Assembly (NCBI GenBank): GCA_949298505.1
Contig: CASFWW010000002.1
Coordinates: forward strand, 12,800 to 76,799
Source: an uncultured Christensenella sp.
GTDB lineage: Bacteria > Bacillota > Clostridia > Christensenellales > UBA3700
Direction: 5' to 3'
DNA length: 64,000 bases
The translations under genes and the position numbers were made by a program. Every line of letters begins with the position of its first letter. Within the stretch, counting starts at the first letter, position 1. Under the pieces are notes generated by a model. That model was not told the DNA's origin. It saw only the letters and a program-made list of their open reading frames with translations, and ran no database searches. Positions 38,729-48,284 of this stretch are shown in pieces.

Positions 38729-40222
38729 TTATTTGACTTTATGATAGAGCTGTTTTGTGGAATACACAGGCTCGCTTGTCACGTCCACGCCCAGTTTTCT
38801 GAAGACCGTTTCGTCTACGGGGGAGAGGATGACGGTGGTATGCACCTGAGTGCCTCTGAGTTTTTCAAGTTGGTCCATTGCCTTCTTTGCGGTGTCGTTG
38901 GTTGCCGCGGAAATGGACAGAGCGATCAGCACTTCGTCCGTATGAAGTCTCGGGTTGCGGCTTCCGAGCACGCCCGTCTTGAGTTTCTGAATGGGTTCTA
39001 CTACTACGGGCGAAAGCAGTTTTATGTCGTCGTCGATATTCGCGAGAGCTTTCAATGCGTTGAGAAGCATTGCCGCAGAACAGCCGAAAAGATCGGACGT
39101 TTTGCCCGTAATTATTCTACCGTCAGTGAGTTCTATCGCCGCGGCGGGTCCTCCGGTGCGAGCTTTAACCGCGTTTGCGGCGGGAACGGTCGCGCGGTCT
39201 TCGACTTTGAGCCCGAGTTTGTCCATGATAAGGGATATCTTGCCCGCTTCGTCGCCGCGATCCACGCCCTTGCGCTTTGCGACAAGCGCGGCGAAATAGC
39301 GGCGGATTATCTCCTGTTTGCTAGCCTGGCAGCATACCTCGTCGTCGCATATCGCGTAGCCTGCCATGTTCACGCCCATGTCTGTCGGAGACTTGTAAGG
39401 GGAATGCCCCATGAGTTTTTCGAACAGCGCGTTGAGTACGGGGAAAATTTCTATGTCTCTGTTGTAGTTGACCGCGACTTTGTTGTACTCGGCAAGGTGA
39501 TAGGGGTCAATCATGTTGACGTCGTTGAGGTCTGCGGTCGCCGCTTCGTAAGCCATGTTGACGGGGTGGTTGAGCGGCAGGTTCCATATCGGGAAGGTCT
39601 CGTACTTTGCGTAACCTGCTTTTATGCCGCGCTTGTAATCGTGGTAGAGCTGAGAAAGGCAGGTCGCCATTTTGCCGCTTCCGGGACCGGGCGCGGTGAT
39701 GACGATGAGCTCTCTGGACGTCTCGATATATTCGTTTTTGCCGTAACCGTCGTCGCTGACGATGAGGGGGATATTGTGAGGATATCCTTCAATGTGGTAG
39801 TGGCGGTAAACTTTGAGCCCGAGGCTTTCAAGCCTTGTCTGGAACGCTTTTGCCGGGGTGTTTTCTTCGTTGAACTGAGAGAGGACGACGCTGCCTACAT
39901 AAAGATCTTTACTCCTGAAAATATCGATGAGTCTCAGGACGTCTTCGTCATATGTGATGCCCAGGTCCGCGCGCAGTTTATTCTTCGCGATGTCCTTGGA
40001 ATTTATAACGATGACAATCTCTGCTTTGTCCTTGAGGGTCTGAAGCATTACGATCTTGTTGTCGGGAGCAAAACCGGGCAGGACCCTGCTTGCGTGAAAA
40101 TCGTCGAACAGTTTGCCTCCGAATTCCAGGTAAAGCTTGCCGCCGAACTGCTTGATGCGTTTTGCAATGAAATCGGATTGCATGGACAGATACTTTGCGC
40201 TGTCAAAACCAGTCTTTCTCAT
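38729..40222 (-). CDS. DUF1846 (UPF0371) family protein
   Basis: [51 protein letters not shown] is the family's hallmark N-terminus. ATG 40222 has AAGGTG 6 nt upstream; the listed start 40231 is a GTG 3 codons earlier. Confidence 0.85.
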   Translation of the reverse strand: MRKTGFDSAKYLSMQSDFIAKRIKQFGGKLYLEFGGKLFDDFHASRVLPGFAPDNKIVMLQTLKDKAEIVIVINSKDIAKNKLRADLGITYDEDVLRLIDIFRSKDLYVGSVVLSQFNEENTPAKAFQTRLESLGLKVYRHYHIEGYPHNIPLIVSDDGYGKNEYIETSRELIVITAPGPGSGKMATCLSQLYHDYKRGIKAGYAKYETFPIWNLPLNHPVNMAYEAATADLNDVNMIDPYHLAEYNKVAVNYNRDIEIFPVLNALFEKLMGHSPYKSPTDMGVNMAGYAICDDEVCCQASKQEIIRRYFAALVAKRKGVDRGDEAGKISLIMDKLGLKVEDRATVPAANAVKARTGGPAAAIELTDGRIITGKTSDLFGCSAAMLLNALKALANIDDDIKLLSPVVVEPIQKLKTGVLGSRNPRLHTDEVLIALSISAATNDTAKKAMDQLEKLRGTQVHTTVILSPVDETVFRKLGVDVTSEPVYSTKQLYHKVK

Positions 40223-40252
40223 ACGTAACACCTTGAACTGAACTTTATAAAC

Positions 40253-40281
40253 ATTATATAATAACGCGCGTGGAAAATCAA
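40253..40281 (-). promoter_or_regulatory. promoter TTGATT-17-TATAAT (minus) of the DUF1846 gene
   Basis: Reverse complement: -35 at 40276-40281, -10 at 40253-40258. Confidence 0.55.
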
Positions 40282-40380
40282 TACGGAGAGGTTGGCTGAC
40301 GTCAAAAAAATATAAGAAAATTTTACGTCAAACAGTTGACAAAAGCACGTGTTTTTGCGTGCCGCCGCATTAATTTGTTG

Positions 40381-40409
40381 TTGTGTTTGTACGCCGCGTT
40401 TGTTATAAT
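40381..40409 (+). promoter_or_regulatory. extended -10 promoter (TTGTGT-17-TGtTATAAT); the apbE ATG begins 7 nt after the -10
   Basis: TATAAT 40404-40409 preceded by tgt. atagct then ATG 40416. No SD. Confidence 0.5.
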
Positions 40410-40415
40410 ATAGCT

Positions 40416-41570
40416 ATGGCTGAAAAGTTGACGAAAATTGCGCTTGCGCTATGCGTGACGGTGACGGTACTCTGCGTCGTCTGCGGCTGTTCGGTGGTCG
40501 TGGACGGGGTCGACGTGACGAGCTACGTCGGCGTTCAGTACACCACGTACGATTATTTCAACACGAGTTGCTCCGTCAGTTGCTATCTTCCCGAAGAAAG
40601 AAAGGGCGAGTTTTCCGCATTGTGGGAAGGGGAGATAAAGTCGGCTGCCGCTGAAGTTGATTCGATCCTGTCCGTGGACGGCGAAAAAAGCGACGTAGCG
40701 GCGTTCAACGCGGCGGGAGCAGGCGAAACTCTGGAGATCAACGAAATAACTTACGAGGCGCTTCTGCTTGCAAAACAGGCATACGTCGAAACGGACGGAG
40801 CGTTCAATCCCGCGCTCGCGCTTTCGGTCGATCTTTACGGGTTTTCCGCACGTTTCAACGGGAACGATTACGCGCCCGAAAAGCCTTACGACAGAACCGA
40901 TCCCAAGAAGGAGCTTCCGGACGAGAAATACGTGAAGGCGTTTGCGGAATTGTCTGATTTTTCAAAGACGGAAATATACGAAGAAGACGGAAAGTACTTT
41001 GTCGGAAAGAGCGGGGAGGAGCGAGTCGTAGACGGCGTGACTTATACTCAGCAGCTCGATCTCAGCGGTATAGGAAAAGGCTATTGCGCAGATCTGATCT
41101 CGGAGATCATGAGAGAAAACGGCTTCGTTTTCGGTTACGTGGACGTAGGCGTGAGCAGCATGTCTCTGCTCAAAAATGCGCGCAGAGAAGCCGGCGCAGA
41201 CCCGGGAGAGTGGACGGTTTCAGTCCTGTCGCCGGTAAACGCAGGGGAATATTATTTCAAGGCGTACCTTAAAGACGTCTCCCTTTCCACAAGCGGAAGT
41301 TACCAGCAGTGCTACGAGATAGGAGGCAGGCATTACAGCCATATCATAGACCCGTCCACAGGAGAGCCTTACGAAAGCGACGTGCTGACCGTGAGCGTAT
41401 ACGGCGAAAGCGCCGCGATGTGCGACGCGTATTCGACCGCTATGTGCGTCCTGGGCAGCGAAGGGGCGGCCCGTCTTGCGGAAAAACTGGAAGGTTACAC
41501 CTATACTATCGCCGTCGCGTCAGGCAACGGATTCAGCGTCATGACGAATGCGGACGGAAAGGAAATCTAA
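40416..41570 (+). CDS. apbE: FAD:protein FMN transferase (ApbE family) lipoprotein
   Basis: Lipobox LCVVCGC|S. ApbE-like GAFNPAL, DLSGIGKGY, SGSYQ...HIIDPSTG, DAYSTA. Confidence 0.85.
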   Translation: MAEKLTKIALALCVTVTVLCVVCGCSVVVDGVDVTSYVGVQYTTYDYFNTSCSVSCYLPEERKGEFSALWEGEIKSAAAEVDSILSVDGEKSDVAAFNAAGAGETLEINEITYEALLLAKQAYVETDGAFNPALALSVDLYGFSARFNGNDYAPEKPYDRTDPKKELPDEKYVKAFAELSDFSKTEIYEEDGKYFVGKSGEERVVDGVTYTQQLDLSGIGKGYCADLISEIMRENGFVFGYVDVGVSSMSLLKNARREAGADPGEWTVSVLSPVNAGEYYFKAYLKDVSLSTSGSYQQCYEIGGRHYSHIIDPSTGEPYESDVLTVSVYGESAAMCDAYSTAMCVLGSEGAARLAEKLEGYTYTIAVASGNGFSVMTNADGKEI

Positions 41571-41598
41571 GCGATAACGAACACGGGCAGGAGATTTT

Positions 41599-42069
41599 AT
41601 GCGCAAGAAGACCATTGAGGACGTGAAGAACAGCAAGTATTTTACAGCGTGGGATATCGTGCCTTACGTTGTCGTGCTTGCGGTCGCGGTCGTGCTTTTG
41701 CTCGTTTTTCTTCTCCCCGGGAAAGAGCAGATGACCGGCTTTTACATCGAGTGTGCGGGAGCGCGGGTCATGGATTACGACTTTTCAACCGACGAATTCG
41801 CAACGGATGAAGGCTTTGACGAAGAAATAGAGATAATCCCGGAAAACGGCGGTTACACAGTCAGAATTGGCACGGAAGAAGGCTACAACGTCTTTTTCGT
41901 GGACAAGGAAAAGCGCACCGTCAAGATGGTGGACGCAGATTGCAGTTTTTCTCAGGACTGCACCTATATGCCTGCAATGGAAAAGTCCGGAGACAGCATC
42001 ATATGCGCGCCGCACAAGCTGAAGATCGTGGCGTTCGGAGACGAAGTTTCCTCCCCCGTCACCGGCTGA
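41599..42069 (+). CDS. NusG domain II-containing membrane protein
   Basis: N-terminal TM VPYVVVLAVAVVLLLVFLL. C-terminal DCSFSQDC...IICAPHKLKIV matches the NusG_II pattern. Commonly found next to apbE. Confidence 0.7.
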   Translation: MRKKTIEDVKNSKYFTAWDIVPYVVVLAVAVVLLLVFLLPGKEQMTGFYIECAGARVMDYDFSTDEFATDEGFDEEIEIIPENGGYTVRIGTEEGYNVFFVDKEKRTVKMVDADCSFSQDCTYMPAMEKSGDSIICAPHKLKIVAFGDEVSSPVTG

Positions 42070-42090
42070 ACCGGAATTGCAGGTATTGAC

Positions 42091-42142
42091 AAAAAGACCT
42101 CCTTTCTCGAGCGTTTTTGCGCGCCACGAGGAGGGCGTTTTT
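42091..42142. terminator. probable bidirectional terminator (A-run, branched hairpin, T-run)
   Basis: cctcct (42098-42103) pairs with aggagg (42129-42134), with an internal small hairpin. Flanked by aaaaa and ttttt. Confidence 0.4.
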
Positions 42143-42515
42143 ATATCTTATGATGCGGTTATGCCGGGGCGTAAGTTATCATTTCGCTATTTTGTTTTGC
42201 GGATTTTTTTTGAGAAAGACTTCTTTGAGACGTGTTTTGACTTCTTGATCCTCGCTTTTACGGGCACGGGTTTTGCGGATGGTCGCGATGCGGCGACTTT
42301 GCTCGTGTTTTTCAGTTTGCCGCGTCTTGAAGAATCAATAGAAGACGAGTGACATTTATCGCGGTGGGTGCGCGCGTCGAAATCCGTTGAAGAGAGCGTC
42401 GTTGACGCTTTTTATGGCGCGCTTTGAGTTATATTCCGAAAAATCGTTTATTCGGGCGTTCTGAAAATTCCTCGCCTTTATTTGAGCGTGCGTTCACTTA
42501 TTACTCCTTTCAATA

Positions 42516-42544
42516 ATTATATCGACGTGCGGTAGTACTGTCAA
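42516..42544 (-). promoter_or_regulatory. orphan perfect-consensus promoter TTGACA-17-TATAAT on the minus strand
   Basis: Reverse complement: -35 at 42539-42544, -10 at 42516-42521. Followed by ttgAAAGGAGtaataaGTG (22-codon ORF 42429-42497). Confidence 0.55.
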
Positions 42545-42795
42545 TGCGCGAGTTTTTCAGAGCAATGCGCGATAGGGCGGTTTTCCCGGAAAACGTGCGA
42601 TTTAACAGGATGTAGATATTCACGATTGCGGGATCAAAGATGTGAAATTACGGTTTTATACATAAAAAATCTCTGAAACAATTTCAAGATAACCGTGCTT
42701 ATACGATGAAAAAATACGTTTTTGTTATAAAAATACGCGCAAAATTTCCGCCGCATAAAAATATGTAAAAAAGTTGAAAATTCACTTGTTAAATT

Positions 42796-42824
42796 GTTGA
42801 CAAACTCAGACGTCTTGCATATAA
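42796..42824 (+). promoter_or_regulatory. adhE promoter TTGACA-17-TATAAT
   Basis: TTGACA 42796-42801, TATAAT 42819-42824. About 170-nt leader. Confidence 0.7.
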
Positions 42825-42836
42825 TATAGTCAACGA

Positions 42837-42854
42837 TTGTGAAAAAATTAACAA
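42837..42854. promoter_or_regulatory. Rex (redox-sensing repressor) operator TTGTGAAAAAATTAACAA
   Basis: Matches TTGTKAAnnnnTTMACAA at every constrained position. Lies 12 nt downstream of the adhE -10. Confidence 0.7.
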
Positions 42855-42998
42855 TTGGGAACCGGCGCTTACCGTCCGGCGGCTTTTCGGAGAGGTTTCC
42901 CGAACGGGGAAAAGAGAAGAGCGACTGCGGAAATTATTTCGACGGCTTGCGCATAATAAACAAGATACAAATTTTTTTTCATAAAGGAGTTATTTGTT

Positions 42999-45605
42999 AT
43001 GGCAGACATCGTCAACGACGAGGTTACTTTGCTGGACAAAATTGCGCGTGTAAAAGCTGCGCAGGCAAAGTATGCAACGTACACTCAGGAGCAGGTAGAC
43101 AAGATTTTCTTCGCAGCGGCTATGGCGGCAAACAAAGCCAGGATCCCGCTTGCAAAACTCGCTGTCGCAGAGACCGGAATGGGCGTGGTGGAAGACAAGG
43201 TCATCAAGAACCACTATGCGTCAGAGTATATCTACAACGCTTATAAAGACGTAAAGACTTGCGGCGTTCTGGAATACGATCCCGGTTTCGGCATCACCAA
43301 GGTCGCTGAACCCGTGGGCGTTATCGCGGCTATAATCCCGACCACGAACCCGACTTCAACGGCGATTTTCAAATCCCTTCTCGCACTCAAGACAAGAAAC
43401 GGACTGATCATTTCTCCGCACCCCAGAGCCAAGAAGAGCACCATCGAGGCGGCTAAGACCGTACTTGAAGCGGCGGTCAAAGCGGGCGCTCCGGAGGAGA
43501 TCATCGGCTGGATCGACGAGCCGACCGTTCCGCTTTCTGCAATGATAATGAAAGAGGCTGACCTCATTCTTGCGACTGGCGGTCCCGGCATGGTCAAGGC
43601 GGCTTACAGCTCAGGCAAACCTGCGGTCGGCGTAGGCGCGGGCAACACTCCCGCGGTCATAGACAGCAGTGCGGACGTGAAAATGGCGGCGGCTTCGGTC
43701 GTTCACTCAAAGACTTTCGACAACGGCATGATCTGCGCTTCCGAGCAGTCTGTCGTCGTTCTCAAGGACGTTTACAAGCAGTTCAAAGAAGAAATGCAGG
43801 CTTGCGGCGCTTACTTCCTCAGCCCCGAAGAGACGGATATGGTCAGAAAGACGATTCTTATCAACGGCGCGCTGAACGCGAAGATCGTCGGTCAGTCCGC
43901 TTGCACGATCGCAAAGATGAGCGGCTTTGAAGCTCCCAAGGGAAGCAAAGTTCTCGTCGGCGAAGTGACCAGCGTTGAGCTGTCAGAGGAATTCGCTCAC
44001 GAAAAACTCAGTCCCGTTCTTGCTATGTACAAGGCTGAAGATTTCGACGACGCGATCGCGAAAGCGAGCAAACTGATCGCAGACGGCGGTATGGGACACA
44101 CTTCCGTGCTTTACGTAAACGTAGAGACGTGCAAAGAAAAGATGGAAAAATTCGAGCGCGCAATGAAGACGTGCCGTATCCTCATCAACACTCCTTCTTC
44201 GCAGGGCGGTATCGGCGACCTGTACAACTTCAGACTGGCTCCTTCCCTCACGCTGGGTTGCGGCAGCTGGGGCGGAAACAGCGTCAGCGAAAACGTAGGC
44301 GTGAAGCATCTTATCAATATCAAGACGATTGCGGAAAGGAGAGAGAATATGTTGTGGTTCAGAGCACCCGAAAAGGTTTATTTCAAGAAGGGTTGTCTGG
44401 GCGTCGCTCTCAGAGAACTCAAATACGTTATGAATAAGAAGAAGGCGTTCATCGTCACGGACACCTTCCTCTACAAGAGCGGCTTCACAAAGGCTATCAC
44501 GGACAGACTGGACGAGATGGGCATCACACATACGACGTTCTACAACGTTGCGCCGGATCCGACCCTCGCTTGCGCGAAGGAAGGCGCAAAGGCCATGGCG
44601 GCGTTCGAGCCGGACGTGATCATCGCTATCGGCGGCGGTTCAGCTATGGACGCAGGCAAGATCATGTGGACGCTTTACGAGCATCCCGAAGTCGACTTCC
44701 AGGACCTCGCAATGAGATTTATGGACATCAGAAAGAGGGTATACACCTTCCCGCACATGGGCGACAAGGCATATTTTATAGCCATCCCGACCACGGCTGG
44801 TACCGGCAGTGAAGTGACCCCGTTCGCAGTCATCACCGACGAGCAGACGGGCACCAAATATCCGCTTGCGGACTACGAACTGATGCCCGACATGGCGATC
44901 ATCGACGCAGACCTCATGATGAATATCCCCAAGGGACTGACCAGCGCTTCGGGTATCGACGCGTTGACTCACGCGCTTGAAGCGATCGCGTCCATGATGG
45001 CGACGGACTACACCGACGGCATTGCGTACAAGGCAACCAAGCTGATCTTCAACTATCTGCCCAGAGCTTACAGCCTCGGTGGTCACGACGCGGAAGCAAG
45101 AGAGGAGATGGCTAATGCGTCCACTCTCGCAGGTATGGCTTTTGCCAATGCGTTCCTCGGCGTATGCCACTCTATGGCGCACAAGCTGGGTTCTTATCAC
45201 CACCTGCCGCACGGCGTTGCCAACGCGCTTATGATCGAGCAGGTCATCCGCTTCAACTGCGCAAAGGCTCCGACCAAGATGGGCACATTCCCGCAGTACA
45301 AGTACCCCGATTGCGTGAGAAGATACGCAGAAGTCGCGACTTTCGTCGGTATCACCGGCAAGACGGACGAAGAAAAAGTTGAAAAACTCATTGCGAAGAT
45401 AAGAGAACTGATGAAAGAGATCAACCTGCCGATGACGATCAAGGACGCCGGCGTTGACGAGAAGGTATTCCTCGAGAAGCTGGACAGCATGGTAGAGGAC
45501 GCTTTCGACGACCAGTGCACGGGCGCGAACCCGCGTTATCCGCTTATGAGCGAGATCAAAGAGATGTATCTGAACGCTTATTACGGCGAGAAGAAAACGG
45601 TTTAA
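42999..45605 (+). CDS. adhE: bifunctional acetaldehyde-CoA / alcohol dehydrogenase
   Basis: 868 aa. N-terminal ALDH domain (MICASEQS catalytic Cys region) plus C-terminal Fe-ADH (GGGSAMDAGK, HSMAHKLG). AAAGGAG RBS. Confidence 0.95.
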   Translation: MADIVNDEVTLLDKIARVKAAQAKYATYTQEQVDKIFFAAAMAANKARIPLAKLAVAETGMGVVEDKVIKNHYASEYIYNAYKDVKTCGVLEYDPGFGITKVAEPVGVIAAIIPTTNPTSTAIFKSLLALKTRNGLIISPHPRAKKSTIEAAKTVLEAAVKAGAPEEIIGWIDEPTVPLSAMIMKEADLILATGGPGMVKAAYSSGKPAVGVGAGNTPAVIDSSADVKMAAASVVHSKTFDNGMICASEQSVVVLKDVYKQFKEEMQACGAYFLSPEETDMVRKTILINGALNAKIVGQSACTIAKMSGFEAPKGSKVLVGEVTSVELSEEFAHEKLSPVLAMYKAEDFDDAIAKASKLIADGGMGHTSVLYVNVETCKEKMEKFERAMKTCRILINTPSSQGGIGDLYNFRLAPSLTLGCGSWGGNSVSENVGVKHLINIKTIAERRENMLWFRAPEKVYFKKGCLGVALRELKYVMNKKKAFIVTDTFLYKSGFTKAITDRLDEMGITHTTFYNVAPDPTLACAKEGAKAMAAFEPDVIIAIGGGSAMDAGKIMWTLYEHPEVDFQDLAMRFMDIRKRVYTFPHMGDKAYFIAIPTTAGTGSEVTPFAVITDEQTGTKYPLADYELMPDMAIIDADLMMNIPKGLTSASGIDALTHALEAIASMMATDYTDGIAYKATKLIFNYLPRAYSLGGHDAEAREEMANASTLAGMAFANAFLGVCHSMAHKLGSYHHLPHGVANALMIEQVIRFNCAKAPTKMGTFPQYKYPDCVRRYAEVATFVGITGKTDEEKVEKLIAKIRELMKEINLPMTIKDAGVDEKVFLEKLDSMVEDAFDDQCTGANPRYPLMSEIKEMYLNAYYGEKKTV

Positions 45606-45633
45606 GGATTTATTCCTAATAATAAGCCCTTCA

Positions 45634-45674
45634 GGCGGCGCTTCCGGCTTATGTCGGCGGCGCCGTCTTTTTTT
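45634..45674 (+). terminator. rho-independent terminator of adhE
   Basis: ggcggcgc (45634-45641) / gcgccgtc (45660-45667), then TTTTTTT. Confidence 0.65.
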
Positions 45675-45781
45675 GACAATGCCACAAATTTAACGAAATT
45701 GAGGCGCTGGCGGCATATCGTTGACAGCATGCGTAATAATATGTTTAAATTAAAACAGCAAATACAGCGGAAGGAGAAAAC

Positions 45782-46699
45782 ATGAAAAAGCTTTTCAGAG
45801 TAATTGCAGTTATTGCGGTGTTGTTCGCGACGGCGTTTTCCGCGCTTGCCTGTGCCGGAGAATACAACGAACTCAAGTCTATGGACGAAAATCTCGGGAA
45901 TCATCAGTATCTCGACGTGGCTGAGGGAATGAGCGCATACGACCTTGTGATGGAGGCATATGAAAACTGGTGCAACGACACAGATTACGTCAGAGAGGAG
46001 TATTTTTCTTTCGGCGCCGACGGCGGATTACTCGGCAGCGTTGCGACCAGAAATACTCATCTTATCCGCAAGATAAAAGGCGACGAGATATATTCTCAGG
46101 AAATAATCTACGGTACGGGTCTGGACGACGGTTCGTGCGCGAAGAAATATTATTTTGACGGAACCAACGCATACTACACAAACAATACCAACACTAAAGA
46201 TCTGACTATGAACGAACAGACCAAGGAGCTGTCCACGGCAAGCTGGGGAGAGTTCGCTCCGTTCACCGGCGACGTAGCAGAGGAAAACCGCGTGCTTACA
46301 GAGCATATGACCACCTACGATCTTTCAAAAAGGGATTATCTTGCGGAAGAACACGACGACAAGGTTTACACGTCGGACGGCGTATATTATTGCACGATCA
46401 CGATCGACTGCAGCGAAGAGGCGATGAAGACCACTCACAGAGCCGCACTTGACGAGTTCCTCGCAAACACGGGTGCAAAGGAGGCTGGTTTCACCTGCGA
46501 GAATACGACGATAGATTTCGCGATAAAGGAAATAGACGGACAGATGAAGTTTCTCATCTGGAAGAGAAACGAGGTTTACAGCGGAAAGCACTCTATGGTG
46601 TCTACGGTCACTGTGAGCTGTCAGCAGACGTGCATAGCGTATTTCAGCTACGGCAATGCGGAGATAACGGCACAAGATCTTGCCGGACTGAATAAATAA
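45782..46699 (+). CDS. putative lipoprotein (305 aa), unknown function
   Basis: Lipobox AFSALAC|A. GGAAGGAG RBS. Confidence 0.7.
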   Translation: MKKLFRVIAVIAVLFATAFSALACAGEYNELKSMDENLGNHQYLDVAEGMSAYDLVMEAYENWCNDTDYVREEYFSFGADGGLLGSVATRNTHLIRKIKGDEIYSQEIIYGTGLDDGSCAKKYYFDGTNAYYTNNTNTKDLTMNEQTKELSTASWGEFAPFTGDVAEENRVLTEHMTTYDLSKRDYLAEEHDDKVYTSDGVYYCTITIDCSEEAMKTTHRAALDEFLANTGAKEAGFTCENTTIDFAIKEIDGQMKFLIWKRNEVYSGKHSMVSTVTVSCQQTCIAYFSYGNAEITAQDLAGLNK

Positions 46700-46725
46700 A
46701 TCCGAAAAAACTTTCCGATAAAGCG

Positions 46726-46752
46726 AAAAACCCGATACGTGTCGGGTTTTTC
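46726..46752. terminator. bidirectional rho-independent terminator
   Basis: aaaaa-cccga tacgtg tcggg-ttttt. Confidence 0.75.
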
Positions 46753-46875
46753 TGCTATATTTAATTTTTTAACGTTACAAAATGCTGTTCGCGCGCTTTA
46801 AACCGAATACTTAAACGCGGATTTTGCCAGCGGCGGATATTAAGCAATTGCAGCCTCCGGTTTCAGGGCAGAGAA

Positions 46876-48132
46876 TCACGGGAATATGCCGCGTTTTTTC
46901 TTTGCCGTGCAAAGTCTTTCTATTGCGACTGCGTAAGCCGCGAGGCGGTAACTGATCTTGTAGTCGCGCGCCTTGTGATATACGTCGGTCAGCGCCCTCG
47001 TCATGACTTTGAAAAGGGTCGCGTTGACGTCGTTTTCGTCCCAGGTTAGAGATTGCAGGTTCTGAACCCACTCGCAGTAAGAGACTATTACGCCGCCCGC
47101 GTTGGTCAGGATGTCGGGAAGCACCACGATGTCGCGTTCTTCGAGCACCGCGTCGGCTTCCACCGTCGTAGGTCCGTTTGCGGCTTCTATGATAAGGCGA
47201 CAATTGAGTTCTTTCGCAACTTCTGCGGTGATCTGGTTTTCGAGTGCGGCGGGGATGAGTATGTCGCATTTCGTCGTAAGCAGGGCATGATTGTCGATAT
47301 GTTCCACGCCGTCTGCGGTGTAGTCTTTGAGCAGTTTGTGCTGTTTTACGAAGTTGCATATCTCAGGGATATTCAGTCCGCTTTCTTTCCTTATGCCGCC
47401 GGAGACGTCGGATACAGCCACGATCTTGCAGCCCTTTTCGTAGAGAAGCCTTGCGGCGACGCTGCCCACGTTGCCCATGCCTTGCACGGCGACGCTGACG
47501 TCTGACGGAGCAAGTTTGTATTTGTCCAGCACTTCCATTGTGATTATCATGACTCCGCGCCCGGTTGCTTCGGGTCTGCCGAGCGAGCCGCCGACTTCAA
47601 GGTCCTTGCCCGTCACTACGCCCGGGATCGTGTAGCCGTTCATCATGGAGTAAGTGTCCATGATCCAGTCCATGACTTGCGCGTTGGTGCCGACGTCGGG
47701 GGCGGGGATATCCTTTTCAGGACCTATTATCGGAAGGATCATTGCCGTATACCTGCGTGTAAGTCTTTCCAGTTCGGCTTTGGAGAGGGTGGACGGGTCC
47801 ACTTTTATGCCGCCTTTCGCGCCGCCGTACGGGATGTTGACGACCGCGCATTTAAAACTCATCCACGCGGCGAGAGCTTTTACCTCGTCGATATTTACGC
47901 TCTGGTGGTATCTGATGCCGCCTTTACACGGACCTCTGGAAGTGCTGTGCTGCACGCGGTAGCCTTCAAAGACGCGCACGCTTCCGTCGTCCATTTTTAC
48001 GGGGACCGAGACTTTTAGTTCTCTTTCGGGGTACTTGATGAGTACGTAATCTTCCTCTTTCATTCCTACTGCTTTCGCCGCCTTGTCCAGGACAGACAAA
48101 AAATTGTCATAAGGGTTATACCTTTCTGCCAT
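46876..48132 (-). CDS. gdh: NAD(P)-dependent glutamate dehydrogenase (Glu/Leu/Phe/Val dehydrogenase family)
   Basis: KGGIRYH, active-site PYGGAKGGIKVDP, GMGNVG Rossmann motif. 418 aa. AAGGAGG RBS. Confidence 0.9.
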   Translation of the reverse strand: MAERYNPYDNFLSVLDKAAKAVGMKEEDYVLIKYPERELKVSVPVKMDDGSVRVFEGYRVQHSTSRGPCKGGIRYHQSVNIDEVKALAAWMSFKCAVVNIPYGGAKGGIKVDPSTLSKAELERLTRRYTAMILPIIGPEKDIPAPDVGTNAQVMDWIMDTYSMMNGYTIPGVVTGKDLEVGGSLGRPEATGRGVMIITMEVLDKYKLAPSDVSVAVQGMGNVGSVAARLLYEKGCKIVAVSDVSGGIRKESGLNIPEICNFVKQHKLLKDYTADGVEHIDNHALLTTKCDILIPAALENQITAEVAKELNCRLIIEAANGPTTVEADAVLEERDIVVLPDILTNAGGVIVSYCEWVQNLQSLTWDENDVNATLFKVMTRALTDVYHKARDYKISYRLAAYAVAIERLCTAKKKRGIFP

Positions 48133-48159
48133 AGTTTCCTCCTTACTTGTTCTGTATTT

Positions 48160-48189
48160 ATTTTATCACACATATGTGTATGATTTCAA
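48160..48189 (-). promoter_or_regulatory. gdh promoter TTGAAA-18-TGaTAAAAT (minus) with 12-bp palindrome ACACATATGTGT in the spacer
   Basis: Reverse complement: -35 at 48184-48189, -10 at 48160-48165. Palindrome at 48168-48179. Confidence 0.55.
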
Positions 48190-48226
48190 TATTAAAAAAA
48201 ATTTTTGCCCTATGTACAAAAAATTG

Positions 48227-48255
48227 TTGATTATTCCCCGTTTGTATATTAAAAT
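48227..48255 (+). promoter_or_regulatory. promoter TTGATT-17-TAAAAT of the TetR gene
   Basis: TTGATT 48227-48232, TAAAAT 48250-48255. Confidence 0.5.
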
Positions 48256-48284
48256 ATAATCAGTAAGTAAACCGGAGAAAGACT

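Noticed and set aside
38726-40228. 500-aa plus-strand ORF mirroring the DUF1846 gene end to end
   Set aside because: The minus-strand product has the unmistakable DUF1846 N-terminus ([22 protein letters not shown]), an RBS, a promoter and a terminator. The plus-strand product is Cys/Val/Phe-rich nonsense with no RBS. It is an antisense shadow ORF.
42077-42352. 91-aa plus-strand ORF after the NusG-II gene
   Set aside because: It starts with TTG inside the terminator structure, has no RBS, has a Phe-rich low-complexity translation, and has no recognisable domain.
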